The translations under genes were made by a program, and so were the position numbers. Below are positions 1 through 12,870 of a stretch of 64,000 nucleotides of DNA, piece after piece. The DNA is from Ruditapes philippinarum (taxonomy: Eukaryota). The DNA is taken from contig NW_026852306.1 of assembly GCF_026571515.1 (NCBI RefSeq), forward strand, positions 124,001 through 188,000, in the 5' to 3' direction. Numbering within the stretch: position 1 is the stretch's first letter; each line of letters begins with the position of its first letter. Under the pieces are notes generated by a model, which saw nothing but the letters and a program-made list of their open reading frames with translations, was not told the origin of the DNA and made no database searches.

Positions 1-59
1 ATGAAAATATTTCTATAATCAAGATAAAGATTATGCTGAACCTTTCATAATTTATATAA

Positions 60-610
60 TAAAGGTAATGAATGTTTTTACAAGACATTACTTCTATTTT
101 CACAGTGCTTTACAAGACATTGTTCTTTTAACCAAGGGTATTATCATTTCTACATGACATTACTTTTTTGTCACGTGCATTACATGAAACTGTTCCATTT
201 ATCAAGTTATTATCCATTTTACAAGACATTATTTCTGTTATCAAGGTAACTTTTCTTTTTTGCATGGCATTACTGTTTGGTATTTAATGATATATCATTT
301 TTTACATGGCACTACTTCTGTTATCAAGGTTATATCCTTTCTCTTGTAGGGCATTATTTATCGAGGTGGTATTCTGTATTTTGCATGACGCTTTTTCTAT
401 TTCAAAACTTATATTCGTTTTCAAAAATACATCATTTCTATTATCAAGGTAAATATCCTTCTTACTGGATTTTTTTCTATAGTCAAGACATTATTTTTTC
501 TTTCATCAAGATAATATCTCGCATTTTACATGACATTATTGTCAAGGTAATATCCCGTATTTTACTTTACATAATCCCGTATTTTACTTTACATAATTAC
601 CAAGATAATA
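60..610. repeat. Degenerate ~45-bp tandem repeat (ttttacaagacattacttctgttatcaaggtaa-type unit)
   Basis: Recurrent acaagacatta / ttatcaagg words. The same array occurs at about 13952-14522 and 15300-15510. Confidence 0.7.
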
Positions 611-619
611 TCCTGTTTA

Positions 620-1462
620 ATCCTGTAGTGAAGCTGTTAAAGTCAATATCAAATCAGCGTGATGGCTTTGATAACTTCACGACAAATACGAAACGCTATA
701 GACTTTGTTCTGGCAAATTGTTATGATAGCTATTCTCTGCTGTAAACACATGGATATCTGTTGCAATATCATTTACAAATGAATTCGTAGTGAGTTAATG
801 TTATCTTATGAAGTGTTAATAATGAAACACTACAATATTAAATATTAATTAAATATATACATATCTTAGCACTTTAAAATTTTAATGTCTTGTTTGTTAA
901 AGTTCTAAAGTTCTAATGAAATACTAATAAATGAGAATAATGTAGAAAAAAAATCAAAACCGTGCATTAGCAACTGCAGCGGAAGTGGTGATATTGGAAG
1001 GACTAGTGTAGTAAAATCAAGGGAAGTAATTGAATGAGAGATAAAATCTATAATGTAGGGACTTACTTACGGCTAAAAAACATTTACTCAAGGTACTCGT
1101 GTTGAAAGACTTGACTTGACAAAAACAAACGATTTTTGTCTGCACAATGTAAGTAATGCTAAGTTGCTAGAAGTCTTTGCTGACATTGATAATTACATTG
1201 TCTGGTGTTGTAACTGTGCTTAGTAAGTAATTTCGTCTTTGAAGGCTATTCCTTTCTCCTGATTGACATCGATCACATGTCCGTTTTTTGACAATACTAC
1301 ACATATATTGTGAATTGCGCAATTTTTTAAGAGGGCTAAAACTTCAAAACTATTTTCGGAATTCGATATGAATGATTTGATAAGACTGCTTTTATTGCAA
1401 AAAATATCGTTCTTTCTTAGGTAAGAGAGGAAAGCACTGTTTTTTTTACTGCATTCTACCAT
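620..1462 (-). pseudogene. Decayed ORF remnant, SPRY-domain-like
   Basis: ORF 1220-1462 contains VVLSKNGHVIDVNQEKGIAF, recalling the SPRY C-terminal F(T/S)KNG..LG(I/V)AF motif. Paralogous disrupted copies lie at about 14530-15290 and 15520-16180. Confidence 0.4.
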
Positions 1463-1934
1463 TTAAGAATTATTTTTGTTTTATAAGTCATATTATTTCA
1501 ATAATAATTTGATTATTTGTATTTGTTTTCTTGTTGATGTGTTTTTGTTGTTGTTGTTGTTGTTTTGTTGTACTTTTACTCCGTCTTTGACACATTTGTT
1601 GGTCATATTTCGACCGTCGATCAAACATACATTGTACTAGTATAACTCGCCTAAGGACAAAACAAAAGACTATCTGATTGCTCATCCGGTGCTATGCCTA
1701 TTGAGCGTCGGGATCAGCAAAGCTGATAAAATATTTTGAATTTCTGAGACTTATTTTAATGAATCAAACCATGAGAGACAATGTAAAGTGTTACATCTTT
1801 CACACCATTCAGCATCGGCATTACGTAATTCATTACATTTGTTTATCAATCTAATAAAGTTACTTTATTCTAATAGGTATAGAATCTGGATAAAGTGTGA
1901 TCCCTCGGAATCACAGCAAATTCACATGAAAATT

Positions 1935-2050
1935 AAAGACTTGGTTTGAACGTGTCTGTACATGAGGAATAATTAAAAAATGCAACATCCCTCACAACCC
2001 CTAGCACCGACTTGAGCGGAACTCAATTTTCAACACTTAAAAGTGGTGCT
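1935..2050. ncRNA. Conserved structured element, copy E (inverted relative to copies A-D, F and G)
   Basis: AGAC/GTCT stem (1937-1957), TGAGGAAT/ATCCCTCA stem (1963-1994) with TGCAAC in the loop, then CCCCTAGCACCGACTTGAGCGG (1998-2019). Confidence 0.55.
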
Positions 2051-2649
2051 GGAATCAATGATCCCGAAGGACCAGAAAAATATGAACAATGAATTCTAAT
2101 ATTTGGTACACCAGATCTTTATTTTGTAGCCCTTTTGGTATTTACAGATCAGATCTAGCATCTATGTACGAATTGTTATTTTTACTAAATACATCACTTG
2201 TGGACCATATTTGAAACTTTGTGCAATAGTATCATGCCTTCCCTGCCATGTGTGATTTACCATTTACTATGATAAAAAGACAAAAAAAACAACACATTAC
2301 ATATTGTTTGAAACCATTTTCAGCACTTCTGCTCTATCAAATATACATAAATTACCTGTTCGGTTTTATTATTGTCAATAAATTTGAGATTTGCAGATTA
2401 TACTTTCAGGTAAATATCTAGATAATTTTACCTTACATTTCTCGTTGATTGATCAAACTCTTATGTTAATATGATACCTCATATGTTACATTTGTTTTAA
2501 GTTCAGCAAGCACAAGTATTGTCTTTAATAAACCAGCATTTCTGTGTGGATATTACAAGAAAAAAATCATATAAATTATTAAGTTTATATAGATTTTATA
2601 TCACCCATCTTTGCCTTATTTCTTTTTGATTGAGCCAGATACAATACGC

Positions 2650-2981
2650 TTATGATAACATATTATATTGGTTAGTCAAATTTATATCTAAATTTGAGAC
2701 AACAGAATTCTTAACAATTTTATATTGGTCAGTCAAATTCATATTTAAGCTTATAATAACATATAATCATTTTATATTGGTCAATCAAATTTATATTTAA
2801 GCTAATGATAACAATGTCATATTAACATTTTATATTGGTCAGTCAAATTTATATTTCAGCTTAAGATAACATGTTAAGTGTTTCAAATTTATATTGGTGA
2901 GTCTAATTTGTATTTAAGCTTCTGATAACATAAACATTTTTATATTCATGTGGTCAGTCAAACTTATATTTAAGCTTACTG
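2650..2981. repeat. Minisatellite, ~52-60 bp unit, about 6 copies
   Basis: Repeated ttatattggtcagtcaaatttatatttaagctt. Duplicate array at about 25605-25930. Confidence 0.85.
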
Positions 2982-2984
2982 TAA

Positions 2985-4255
2985 AGCCCGTCTCACACAA
3001 AACACGGTTGGACACACGATTCCCATACGGTATACTCGGTTATACACGGGTTGACTGGTACGAGTTTTGAGCTCCAGCCGTGTTTTGTGGATTAGTTGGC
3101 ACGAATTAGACTCGAATATAGCACGAGTATGTACGAATTGAGCACGGAATTACTCGGTCAAGCAAGGTTTGAACACGATTTGCATACGAATACATACGAC
3201 TGTTGTACGGTTCCAAGTACGGTCTAGTACGGTCTGGTACGGTTAAACACGACTTTTACTCGATTTACTCGACTTTCACAGGGTTTACATAGGGTCCCGC
3301 CGACTTTTGTTCGAGTTAGGCTCGAAATATCACACATTTGTGTATGTTTTGATATAAATTAACCCACTTTGATGACTTGGCTTCATGAATTTTCGAAATT
3401 TCAGCGAAGAACACCTATATATAGATCATTAACATCAATAAATGAATAAAAAGGTGAAGAAATGTAAAATGAATGTGTCTTTTTTTCTGTGGTGCAGCGG
3501 TTGCTGGAGGGTCCACCGAGCTGGCATTGGAGTTTGAATCCCTGGGAGACATGGTTATTGTCGGTCCTCCAGCTTATCAGAGTCAATAAGTTGGAGTGGT
3601 CGGTGGGCCTGGATGGCTTTTCTTGTATTCCTTCTATGCGTCCAAACCTTCTTCTTTGGATACATTCTAGTGTGATGCAGCAAGTACTCTCGGTAGGGTA
3701 GCAGCAGTTAGTTTTGTTTTTGTAACGTTCTTGCTGAGGCCGTGTAAGAACGTACGAGGCCGTGTGAGACCCTGTATACCCGTACTTTACCGTGTCGGCC
3801 ATGTATGTTTCGTATATGAACCGTATTGGTCGTATGGCGATCGTATGAAACCGTGTGTGCACTCGTTTGAATCGTACCGTGATCTTGTGACATTCGGGTG
3901 TTAATCGGGTGTTGGATGTAGGACTTGGGGACGGTCTCGAACGATTCCATACGATTTATATACGACATTGATACGGTTGGGCTCACTCGTGGAGTGGACT
4001 TCACATACGGCTGTATATACGGTCTCATACGGTCTCACACGGTATCTTACGGTCTTGTACGATCGCTTATACGGTCATACACGGACATGGCATCCGTACC
4101 AGTTTTTTAAAAGTTTTAAAAATCATACACGGCTTACACGGATACACTCGAATGGCCCGAGTGTAACTCGGATAACGCTACGGTAAGTTCGGTTGTATGT
4201 ACGGTTTACACGGGTGGCCAACCGTGTAAGCCGTGTGTCCTGTGTGAGATGGGCT
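2985..4255. mobile_element. Non-autonomous PIF/Harbinger-type DNA transposon, 1271 bp
   Basis: TIRs AGCCCGTCTCACACA / TGTGTGAGATGGGCT. TAA on both flanks (2982-2984, 4256-4258). Absent from the duplicate at about 25930. TAA/TTA target duplication is typical of PIF/Harbinger. Confidence 0.85.
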
Positions 4256-4714
4256 TAACATATAAACGTATTCGCTTATCAGTCATATTTATCTTTGAGA
4301 AAGCGACACAGCTACGAAAGATAAGGCAGTGTGCAGTATGCAAATTTTGAAACGGGTCGAAGATAAATCACCCGTTTATCGTCTCATAAATACGTTTTGA
4401 ACTTAGTTTCAAGTAACGTTAAAGCGACTTTCAGCTTTTCATAAGCTAAATTTGTTATTTTTTAGATAAATCGTTTCATATAATTTCTAAATCAAAACAA
4501 TTAAGGCGTTAAAAATGAAATTTGCCGACTGTTAAATATATAAATAATAATTAAACCCCTCGAAACCCCTGTTCTTCCTGATCTATATCAAAAATTAGTA
4601 AAGCGACAATTCGTTTCCCCGGTCTTCTTTTTTTTAGAAACGACCATCACTGTCGCATTATAAGTAGAACGTTGTTTTGAAGAAGGCTTAACAGTGACAT
4701 AATGCACTTTTCTT

Positions 4715-5127
4715 GCATATCAGACAGGATTATCTACCCTTTACACCGGTGCTAGAAAACATTATCTTACACCCCCATGTAAGACAAGTCGCGTGCTTTA
4801 AATGACGTCATTGACGCGCGCCTTTTATGAATGAATTGCGTTCTTAGGATGACGTCACTTAACCGTTATGAATGAAGTTGTAAGTTCATACGCTACTACA
4901 AGAAAAAAAGTGCGTAATAAAATATCAGTTTTCGTAATTTCTGTTCCGAAAATAATTGATATGTAATATAGAAAAAAAATCAAACACTGGCTGTCGGTGC
5001 AGACGGAAATTCTAGCTCTCGGGTAACAGTTTAGCGGAAACTCGGCAAAGCCTCGTTACCGCCGTAAACAGTTACCCCCGAGCTAGATATTCCGGTCAGT
5101 ACCGGCAGCCAGTGTAAGATTCTTATA
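4715..5127. mobile_element. Non-autonomous hairpin element, possibly Crypton-type
   Basis: Absent from the duplicate (tgcacttttcttagataatt at about 26371-26390). Flanked by TTCTT direct repeats, no TIRs, long imperfect palindrome at 4984-5115. Superfamily is inferred. Confidence 0.65.
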
Positions 5128-5134
5128 TTCTTAG

Positions 5135-5480
5135 ATAATTCTAAGATAAAATTCCTGACAGATTTTGTTTAAAGCAAAACAGAATTGCTTTTCCGACAAA
5201 AAATGCTGAAGTCCGCTTTAAAGATTTGAAATGAGTTAATTTATGTAAACTAATTCTTTGCTTCAAATTAACAAAACATGTCTTTTACTCTAACAGTACA
5301 TTCAAATTGTTAATCACAGACACACGTCTAAAATTTATGACAGTAATTTGAAATTCTCTCTGAGCCGCCCACTTGTCTTTCTTTCTTGGAACCAACAGCG
5401 ATATGATACTTCATTTGACAATCATGCTTTTAGAAATATTCATATTTCTTCGAATCCGTTCATAAATGCTTGCAAGCAAG
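5135..5480 (-). pseudogene. Decayed ORF remnant of the repeated minus-strand gene family
   Basis: About 110 codons with only 3 stops in one minus frame. The segment caaaacatgtcttttact..tcaaattg recurs at about 39455-39502. Confidence 0.35.
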
Positions 5481-7757
5481 ACAAATCTGTCATTTTTACT
5501 TTTTCATTTTATATGTAGCAACTGTGAGACTTTGTAAATACGAGTTAAATAACAGGGGTTGCAAAATCAATCAAATTTAGATATCTGTAACATGGCTTTT
5601 ATTCATCTTTCGTTTATTTATTTATCTTGTTTCTTCTTCTTTTTTTGTAATAGAATCTTATTGGCATATGTATAGAAAAAGTTGTATAAAGAGAAAATCT
5701 ATTTATTTTTTAAATATTTCGGATCACCATTGAATGTACCTTTTTATTTTTCACACGGTCATGCTGCATGTTGATGTACTTAGAAAAATACGCGAGATTT
5801 AGAAGAGAATATTTTAATTGCGTTGAATCTTGAAAAATTATTTAAGTGCCCAAGATATAGCGTTGTTAAGAAACTGACACCACAACCCAAGTATTGCCGT
5901 AAACGATGTTGATAGGTTGGGACGCAAGGCATGTTTCCTCTTTTCCGTGCCGTCTCAACATCGCTTTTTAATACAATATTTACGTAATGACTAAAAAAAA
6001 GATATATGGAAAAACAGAGAGACACGAATAGCAGATAATGTAAAATTGCATAGATGTAACAGTTTTCTTAAGAATAAACGTCTTGCATAACGAGCTGATT
6101 TTGTAAAAGAATAAAAAGAACATTTTGAAAAATAATATGTCTTCTTGAAAAAAAATTCTAGAAGATTAGATAATGATTGCACATCTCAAATACGGACATC
6201 TTCCCACCTTAATTATATGGCAATACTCGTACATAGTAATTTGTTCTTGACGTTATGTCCACAACAAGAAACAAGAAAATCAATAGTACCAGATGCGACG
6301 GAGAAAGCAGATCTTAAAGTATATATATTGAAATAATAAACCGTAAATTAATTTCACTTATATTCAACTGAAGGTTGCACTCTAGTGTTAGTGTTAAAAA
6401 GTTTCAAAGATGCTTCACAAGTGATGCCTTTGGTAATTATAACAATTAGAAAATGGATGCTTGGTTTGGTCATATAATACAAAAAGGGCTCAGAAAATGA
6501 CCTTAAATGTTCAAACAAGCTTGTGATCCAGACCTACATCAATTAGTGCACAAATTTCAGATCCCGTCATCTCAAAAACTTGATGGGTTTCATAAATACA
6601 GTTTTTGCCTCAACAATTAGGATTCGGATACGCTTGCCATAAAGTATTATCCCTCTATCAGTATACTCTACCTGTTTCCCTTAAAACAAATTATCTATAA
6701 TTGGACGAATAAATACATGAAACTGGTTACGCAAATTATCACTTCTTTAATGGTTAATACATGACTTCGTGCTAGTAAAGCAGGCTGATAAACCAAGAAC
6801 TTCGGACAGAACACATTTGTTTGCCATAAGATATAGGAAAGATTTAATTAATTCAAAATACTTCAAGCAAATAACAACACTCTAATGTTCTGAAAATTGT
6901 ACTTTAAATTTATACAATATTTGTTTTAATCGATATATATTGACTCAACAGTCTAACCACATAGCTCTTTCTCTTATGACAGTAAGTTCACTCATATTCG
7001 AATATTGTTCTATACAAGGCAAAATATCAATTTTTCGATAAAGGAGAAACACGTCAATTATGCTTAACTATCATAAATTTATTAAAGGATTTGAAAGAGA
7101 GCATGTTTAGAAACGCTTAGTAGGCGGGGCTTATTAGCAATTCATCTTGACCAACGAGATGCAGCGCTATACGAGGATGGATCCAAATAAAATTTTGTTT
7201 GTACAGATAAGATAATAAAATGAAATATACATAGTAGTTATATATCGGCGTTTATCTATGTATCTGTTTACTTTAAGTAGAATAGGTCGAACGGGTCACC
7301 TATAGCAACTTTCTTTAATTGGTAAGTGCAATGCTATTGTTCCGCTTATTAATAATCCTACTAATTATATAATTATAAATTTTGTTTATTGTTTAGAGAC
7401 AAGAAAGAATATTTCTTCAATTCGCAATTTTATGTCTTGCAATTATATATGTAGTGACTTGAAGTAATGACATCGTTTGGATTTTCGTCCATTCATTGTC
7501 TATGACAATAATACCAACTTATCTAAAAGCAATTAATCATAAAATAAAACAATTGATTTGTATTACACTGTCAAATATTATGAATAGTAGAATGATAATA
7601 AACTTCCTACTTATCAGCGTGCGATCGTAACAGTTTGTAATTGATTGTATACATTACGCTTGTGTCTGTTACAAGCTGTTGATTAAATGTGGTGATAAAC
7701 GATTAAGTTGAATAAAAAATGAATAGTATTGAGACAGAACTCCATGTTTTACTAAAA

Positions 7758-7850
7758 TGTCCTTTTAAGTGTTGGAAATTGAGTAACGCTCAAGCCGGGG
7801 CTAGGGGACGTGAGGGATGTTGCATTTTTTTCATTATCCCTCACGTACAA
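7758..7850. ncRNA. Conserved structured element, copy F (truncated)
   Basis: CGCTCAAGCCGGGGCTAGGGG followed by a perfect 11-bp stem ACGTGAGGGAT/ATCCCTCACGT (7808-7846) with GTTGCA in the loop. Confidence 0.6.
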
Positions 7851-7854
7851 ACTT

Positions 7855-8400
7855 CTTCATTTGCTTGATATTGAATTAAATGATAAAATAATATGATGTA
7901 GAGCATATGTAACTGGCGAATGATAATGGAGTTAAATATTGTTTAATTGCGTATATGAGTTAGAACATCTATAATATCAACAGAAATTCCGTTTCCAATC
8001 TCAATCTGAATACCAGTGTTTTTTATGTAAAACAAATCTAGCAAAAAGGCAAGATTTCAGATATTTCTGCTTGCTTTCCATGTGCTGATAAAAATTGACA
8101 TAACACGTAAACATTAAGCCTAAAGTTTTATCAGTTCAGTTAATATGTTTTAATTAATGTAAGACATATTGCTAAAAAGAAATACATGATTTAAAATAAA
8201 AGTTCGTCCTATCAGTGCACGATTGTAGTAATATGATAAATGATTTCATGAATTACTCAAACGTCTGTCGGGAGCATTTGATTGGATATGTGGTATGAGT
8301 ATATTGATAGATAAAACTTACTCAGGACAAAAAAAGAGGTATATATTAAAATTATTCTCTGCATGTTTGGTTCGTTTCATGGTTATATTTTATTATGTGT
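7855..8400 (-). pseudogene. Decayed ORF remnant, paralog of 12335-12870
   Basis: Aligns to ORF 12246-12518 with many third-position differences in the minus frame (ata/att, aac/aat, ttg/tta, acg/aca). The plus frame sharing those third positions has stops common to both copies. Confidence 0.55.
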
Positions 8401-8558
8401 TTTCTTATCAAAACTATAATGAAACAAGGTTAAATTGTCCTATGTAAATGTGTGTAAAGTATCACAATAACCCCTACACACTGAGTTGTATAGGCTAACA
8501 ATAAATAATACAGTGATTCATTTTCTACACATCGGTTGTATTTTTTTACAAACTTTAA

Positions 8559-8882
8559 AGGCACTCCTATGACATGTCGGGACTGGAGATAAATTTTCGG
8601 GACTAATTTATGCTCCATTTTATGTTGGTCAAACCAATAATCTGTTTGCAAATTCAGCTCATTCGCTCGCTTTTTCCAGAATATCTATTCTGTTTGTTAT
8701 AATTACCCAAAATTGAACGAGCGTTGCAAGGCCTTTCACCCAAATCCGGCCTTAAAAGCATTTTTTTATTAAATTGTAAGACTAGTATATTTGCAAATTA
8801 TCTCTGCATATTTTTCTGTTTAAATACCCCGACTCATTAATGTCAGACATACTAATTTATTGTTTTTAGGTTATAAGACCCT
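8559..8882. mobile_element. Possible old TTAA-flanked (Kolobok-like) MITE
   Basis: TTAA-AGG...CCT-TTAA ends with only imperfect inverted termini. Confidence 0.25.
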
Positions 8883-9776
8883 TTAAAAAACACAAGTCCT
8901 CTTTAAGTAATGTGATGAAAGTTTTTTTTATAAGATACATAATATGTAGTTGCAGCATGGAAACGTATGTTATTTTGTATAATATATTTTTAAATTAATC
9001 ATTGCGAAAACACAAGTATTTTATTATTTTACTTAATCAGTCGAATTACAATTCATGTAGGGGAGATAAGTAGGGTCATGTAAAACGCTGGAGCAATTGC
9101 CACTTTTCGATACTTACCAAATGACTCCAAATCGAACGAACGTTCTTTCAGGGGAGGCAACTAGAATCTTATTTTGCAACTTACAAGAACGAACGAGTTA
9201 TCCGTAAGTTCAAAATTGTTTGTTCGGATAACACCTGCAAACACTTTTATTTCATAGCAATAGTACCTAATGGCGAGACTTTTACAGTGACATTTTCCTA
9301 ACATTAAAGCATAATTTTACTGGGATGAAAAATACTGTTTTTTTAGGGAATTTTAATCATCAGCAGAGCAGCATCTCAGAGCACTTTTGAAGTTTTACAT
9401 GTACAGTGATGTATTGAGGTCGAGGCTACTTTTTCCCGGTTGCGTCATTTTAATCAACTTATCTGATCGTTTTGTCTGATTTAATCAGGGTTAATGGAGT
9501 AACAACAATATTTAATTAAATTAAAGGTAGTGTGCGATCAAATCAACCTTTTTATCATTGTTTCTTTTTGTTTAAGATATTTTACAAAAGTGTGTATAGA
9601 TTGTTATACAATGTTGATATTATACATCCGTGTGGTCCAATGGAAACACTACATGATATACAAACCAAAGGTGAGTTCAATCTCAAGTTATTCTAGTAAA
9701 GATAGAAATTGACTATGCAGATAAGATGTTGAACCAATGTTCAAAGTATCGGCTCTTTAAACATTGCACGGTAACA

Positions 9777-10040
9777 TTTTGTTTGGTTTTGAGGCACACC
9801 AACACAATATAGGTCATATGGCACCGAAACTGGAAAAATGGTTTTGACTAACCTTGGGTGCTACAAACTTCAAAGCATCACCAGTGGTAAAAACCACATC
9901 ATCTGCTGGAGCTAAGAAATGTATAGAATCCATTTATTTGAACCATTTAGTCGCCTCTTACGATCACGGATGGATGAACTGTGACTGCAATTCTATTGCC
10001 TCAGTCATTAAAAGTAACCCCTCAGCCACAAGGGGAGCAC
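9777..10040 (-). mobile_element. SINE fragment with Meta-domain-like core
   Basis: Minus strand reads TCGTAAGAGGCGACTAAA (about 9946-9963) and ends gccatatgacctatattgtgttggtg..aaaccaaacaaaa, similar to the 3' ends of the SINEs at 49738 and 58392. Confidence 0.6.
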
Positions 10041-11399
10041 GGAAGAAAAAGCTAAAATATCTAAAGTTGATGTGCTGTGCAGTATCCTCCAAACCATACA
10101 AATATTAGCTCTCCTTTGTCCTTTGGAAGGAATTCATTCATTTGGCACTAACTACAATGAAACTATGATGAATTTGTTTTATGTTTGAATACAATTTCGT
10201 TTGTTTGTGCCAGTGCAATGCCCTTGTCTGAATCAATACGATGCTTTTGTTTTAGGATATTTATATTTTTAACAGTCATTTTACCTTTAACAAACTCTAA
10301 CATATTCTTACAATGAATTCGCTAAAGTCAATATCTAATCAGTGCCGTGGACAATTACTATAGAACGTTGAATTAATAGCTATGTACCAGAGAAAATCTC
10401 AGGCCACAAGAGAGAAGATTTGCCGCATAATATATTCCAATGAGTGTCAATTTGATGTTTGATATAGTATTAATTTCACTGTGCCATTTAAACATATTCG
10501 TAAGGGTTAATGTTTTTTTTACAAAACATTAATATGTAAAGGGTGGATGTCAGTAAAGACATGCATACATGTTCTTAAAGGAAAATATACAACTCGAAAG
10601 TTATAAGAGTGGATGTCATTAGCAACATATATACAGATTTTTTATGAAGATCAGAATTCAGTGTTAAACTTTGTTCGGTCTACGCATCTGTTATAAAGAA
10701 CGTGTCGAAAACTAAGACCAGTCTTTTAGAACTTTGATATACTAGACGTTTGCAAAGGTGTTTAATTAAAAATAAAAAGCAACTGGAGTACTTTGATCAA
10801 AAGTTTATGTATGTCCATGTACTATTTGGATATAAAACTCTTATTGTTAAATAACGGCCAATTCGATGTGGTGAGTAAATATTTATATTTAACCCTATAA
10901 TGATGTATGTCTGAAATGGGATTGTCTAGCATCCACATTTTTGGAAATGTCTAAAAAAATGTTCGAATTGATGTGATAAAGGTCTAAGCAAGTTAGTGGT
11001 ATGAAAAATTGCAGGCCATCCGCTCATTCCTTTCTTTAGGAAAATTCATTTTAATTGTGATAAAAATACCAGAACATGAAAAGAGGAGAGGTTAATGTTT
11101 TTATATTGTTTTTGAATCTCAGTGGAGCTCTTTAAGTCTTTAAAAACTGTTTGGAGCTTCAAGATCATTTTTGTTGCCTAATATAAAGAATTCCTTTCTT
11201 TTCTTATTCTTAGTGTAGAAATTAAATAAAGATGCTGCCAACATATAAGTACAGCGGGTTTTAATGATGAAACACTAATTAAGCCAATACCAAAATAATG
11301 TTTGACCAAAAAATATAAATATTATAACAAAATAACGTCTTATTCTGTATGCATTATTTAGGATAAAATCTGGAAAAAAAACACTAAAATCAATCAATC

Positions 11400-12870
11400 T
11401 TAAACTATAGTTACTTACATATACGTCACTTTTTCATTATCATATTTTCGTTTCTAATGTAAACTTATCTAAACTTTTACAAAGTGATACAAGTCACATA
11501 CTCTGCGCCCTGTTTCCTCTATTCAATTCGATATATTATAAGAAGTAATGGCTTTGTATGTTGAGATAAACTGCCAGATAATGAAAGGCAAAATTTTCCA
11601 TCATTTTACCCTTTTCTTTCATTTTAAGAAGTGATATGTGCTCATCATTGTTATGAACTAGCTGATAAGAATCCAGTAAGCGTTGTCTACATCTGGCAAG
11701 GTAATTTGGATGATATAAATACAGATATTAGAACAAAAAATATAATAATTGGAAATTCTTTTCCTCTGAACATCTTGTAGGAGGATCATGATATGGGATG
11801 ACACTGGTTGTAATCATGAATTGATTATATCATTAGAAATCTTGAAAGATTATGCTGCAGCTGTAGAGATCACTAGAAATTGAATGGTGAAATCATAAGA
11901 TGCACATTTCATGTAACTGCTGAGTGATAAATGAGTAACATCTTATTTCTTGAACATTTTACCAAGATCATTTATACGAGGTTGGTTCAGTGAGTATTGC
12001 AACTTTGCCTGTAAAGTAGAGAATAACACAAGCACAAAATATTATTATTATTAATGCTTTCGCAGTAATCATCGTTTAATTTTATGCAAACATTTTACCC
12101 TTTGGTCAAATTATGTAAAGCATCTGTATTGTCTTTGCTTTGGCTTAGTCTTGAATTACTGAAAACGGCTTATTCTTGAGCGTGTCTGAAATAATCTGCG
12201 AAAATAGTCGATTTCGTGGTAAATATTGCATTACTTTTTGAATAATCATAGTAATTTCAACACAAATTTCTTTTTCTCTAGTACGATAAAATGTAAAAGA
12301 TTGCACGGCAGATATGAGCTTAAATTTGATTTATTCATTTGCTTGATATTGAAATTAATGGTAAAATAATATGACGTAGAGCTTATACAACTGCCTAATG
12401 ACAATGGAGTTAAATTGGTTTTGTTGAGGATTTGGATTAGAACATCTATTATATCAAAACAAATTCCTTTTCCTATCTCAGTCTGAATACCAGTTGCTTT
12501 TATGCAAAGGAAAAGCAAAAATGGAAGATTTCAGATATTTCTGCTACTTCTTTTTATGAATTCCATGCGCTGATAAAAATTGACATAACGAATAAACATA
12601 AAGCAAAAAGTTTTATCAGTTCATAAATTATCCTATAATTAATGTTAGATATATTGCTTAAAAGAAATAAATGATTTATAAACTATTCTTCCTATCAGTG
12701 CATGATAGTGATTATTTGATAAATGATTTCATAGGATACTCAAAAATCGTCGGGAGCATTTAATTGGATATCTGGTATTGGTATATGGAATGATACAATT
12801 TACATAGGATAAAACAGAGGGATATATTGAAATTATTCACTTGCATTGTTGGTTAATTGCATTGGTTTCC
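11400..12870 (-). pseudogene. Decayed ORF remnant, SPRY-domain-like
   Basis: Includes ORF 12246-12518 (LTPLSLGSCISSTSYYFTINF). Long near-open minus frames continue downstream. Similar segments occur at about 38600-38750. Confidence 0.45.

Larger units (their letters stand above)
60..7830. repeat. Segmental duplication, copy 1
   Basis: Colinear high-identity match to 15300-16606 plus 24749-30597, e.g. 5160-5440 vs 26410-26690 and 6520-6850 vs 29770-30080. Differences are mostly discrete insertions. Confidence 0.92.

Noticed and set aside
277-726. 149-aa plus-strand ORF
   Set aside because: Mostly translation of the degenerate 45-bp repeat; the duplicate copies carry indels.
2650-2981. CRISPR-like array (also the 80-bp and 145-bp repeats)
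   Set aside because: Inter-repeat sequences are homologous rather than unique spacers, the context is eukaryotic, and there are no cas genes.
3401-4186. Overlapping ORFs on both strands
   Set aside because: Inside a non-autonomous transposon with stop-poor short repeats; no transposase motif seen.
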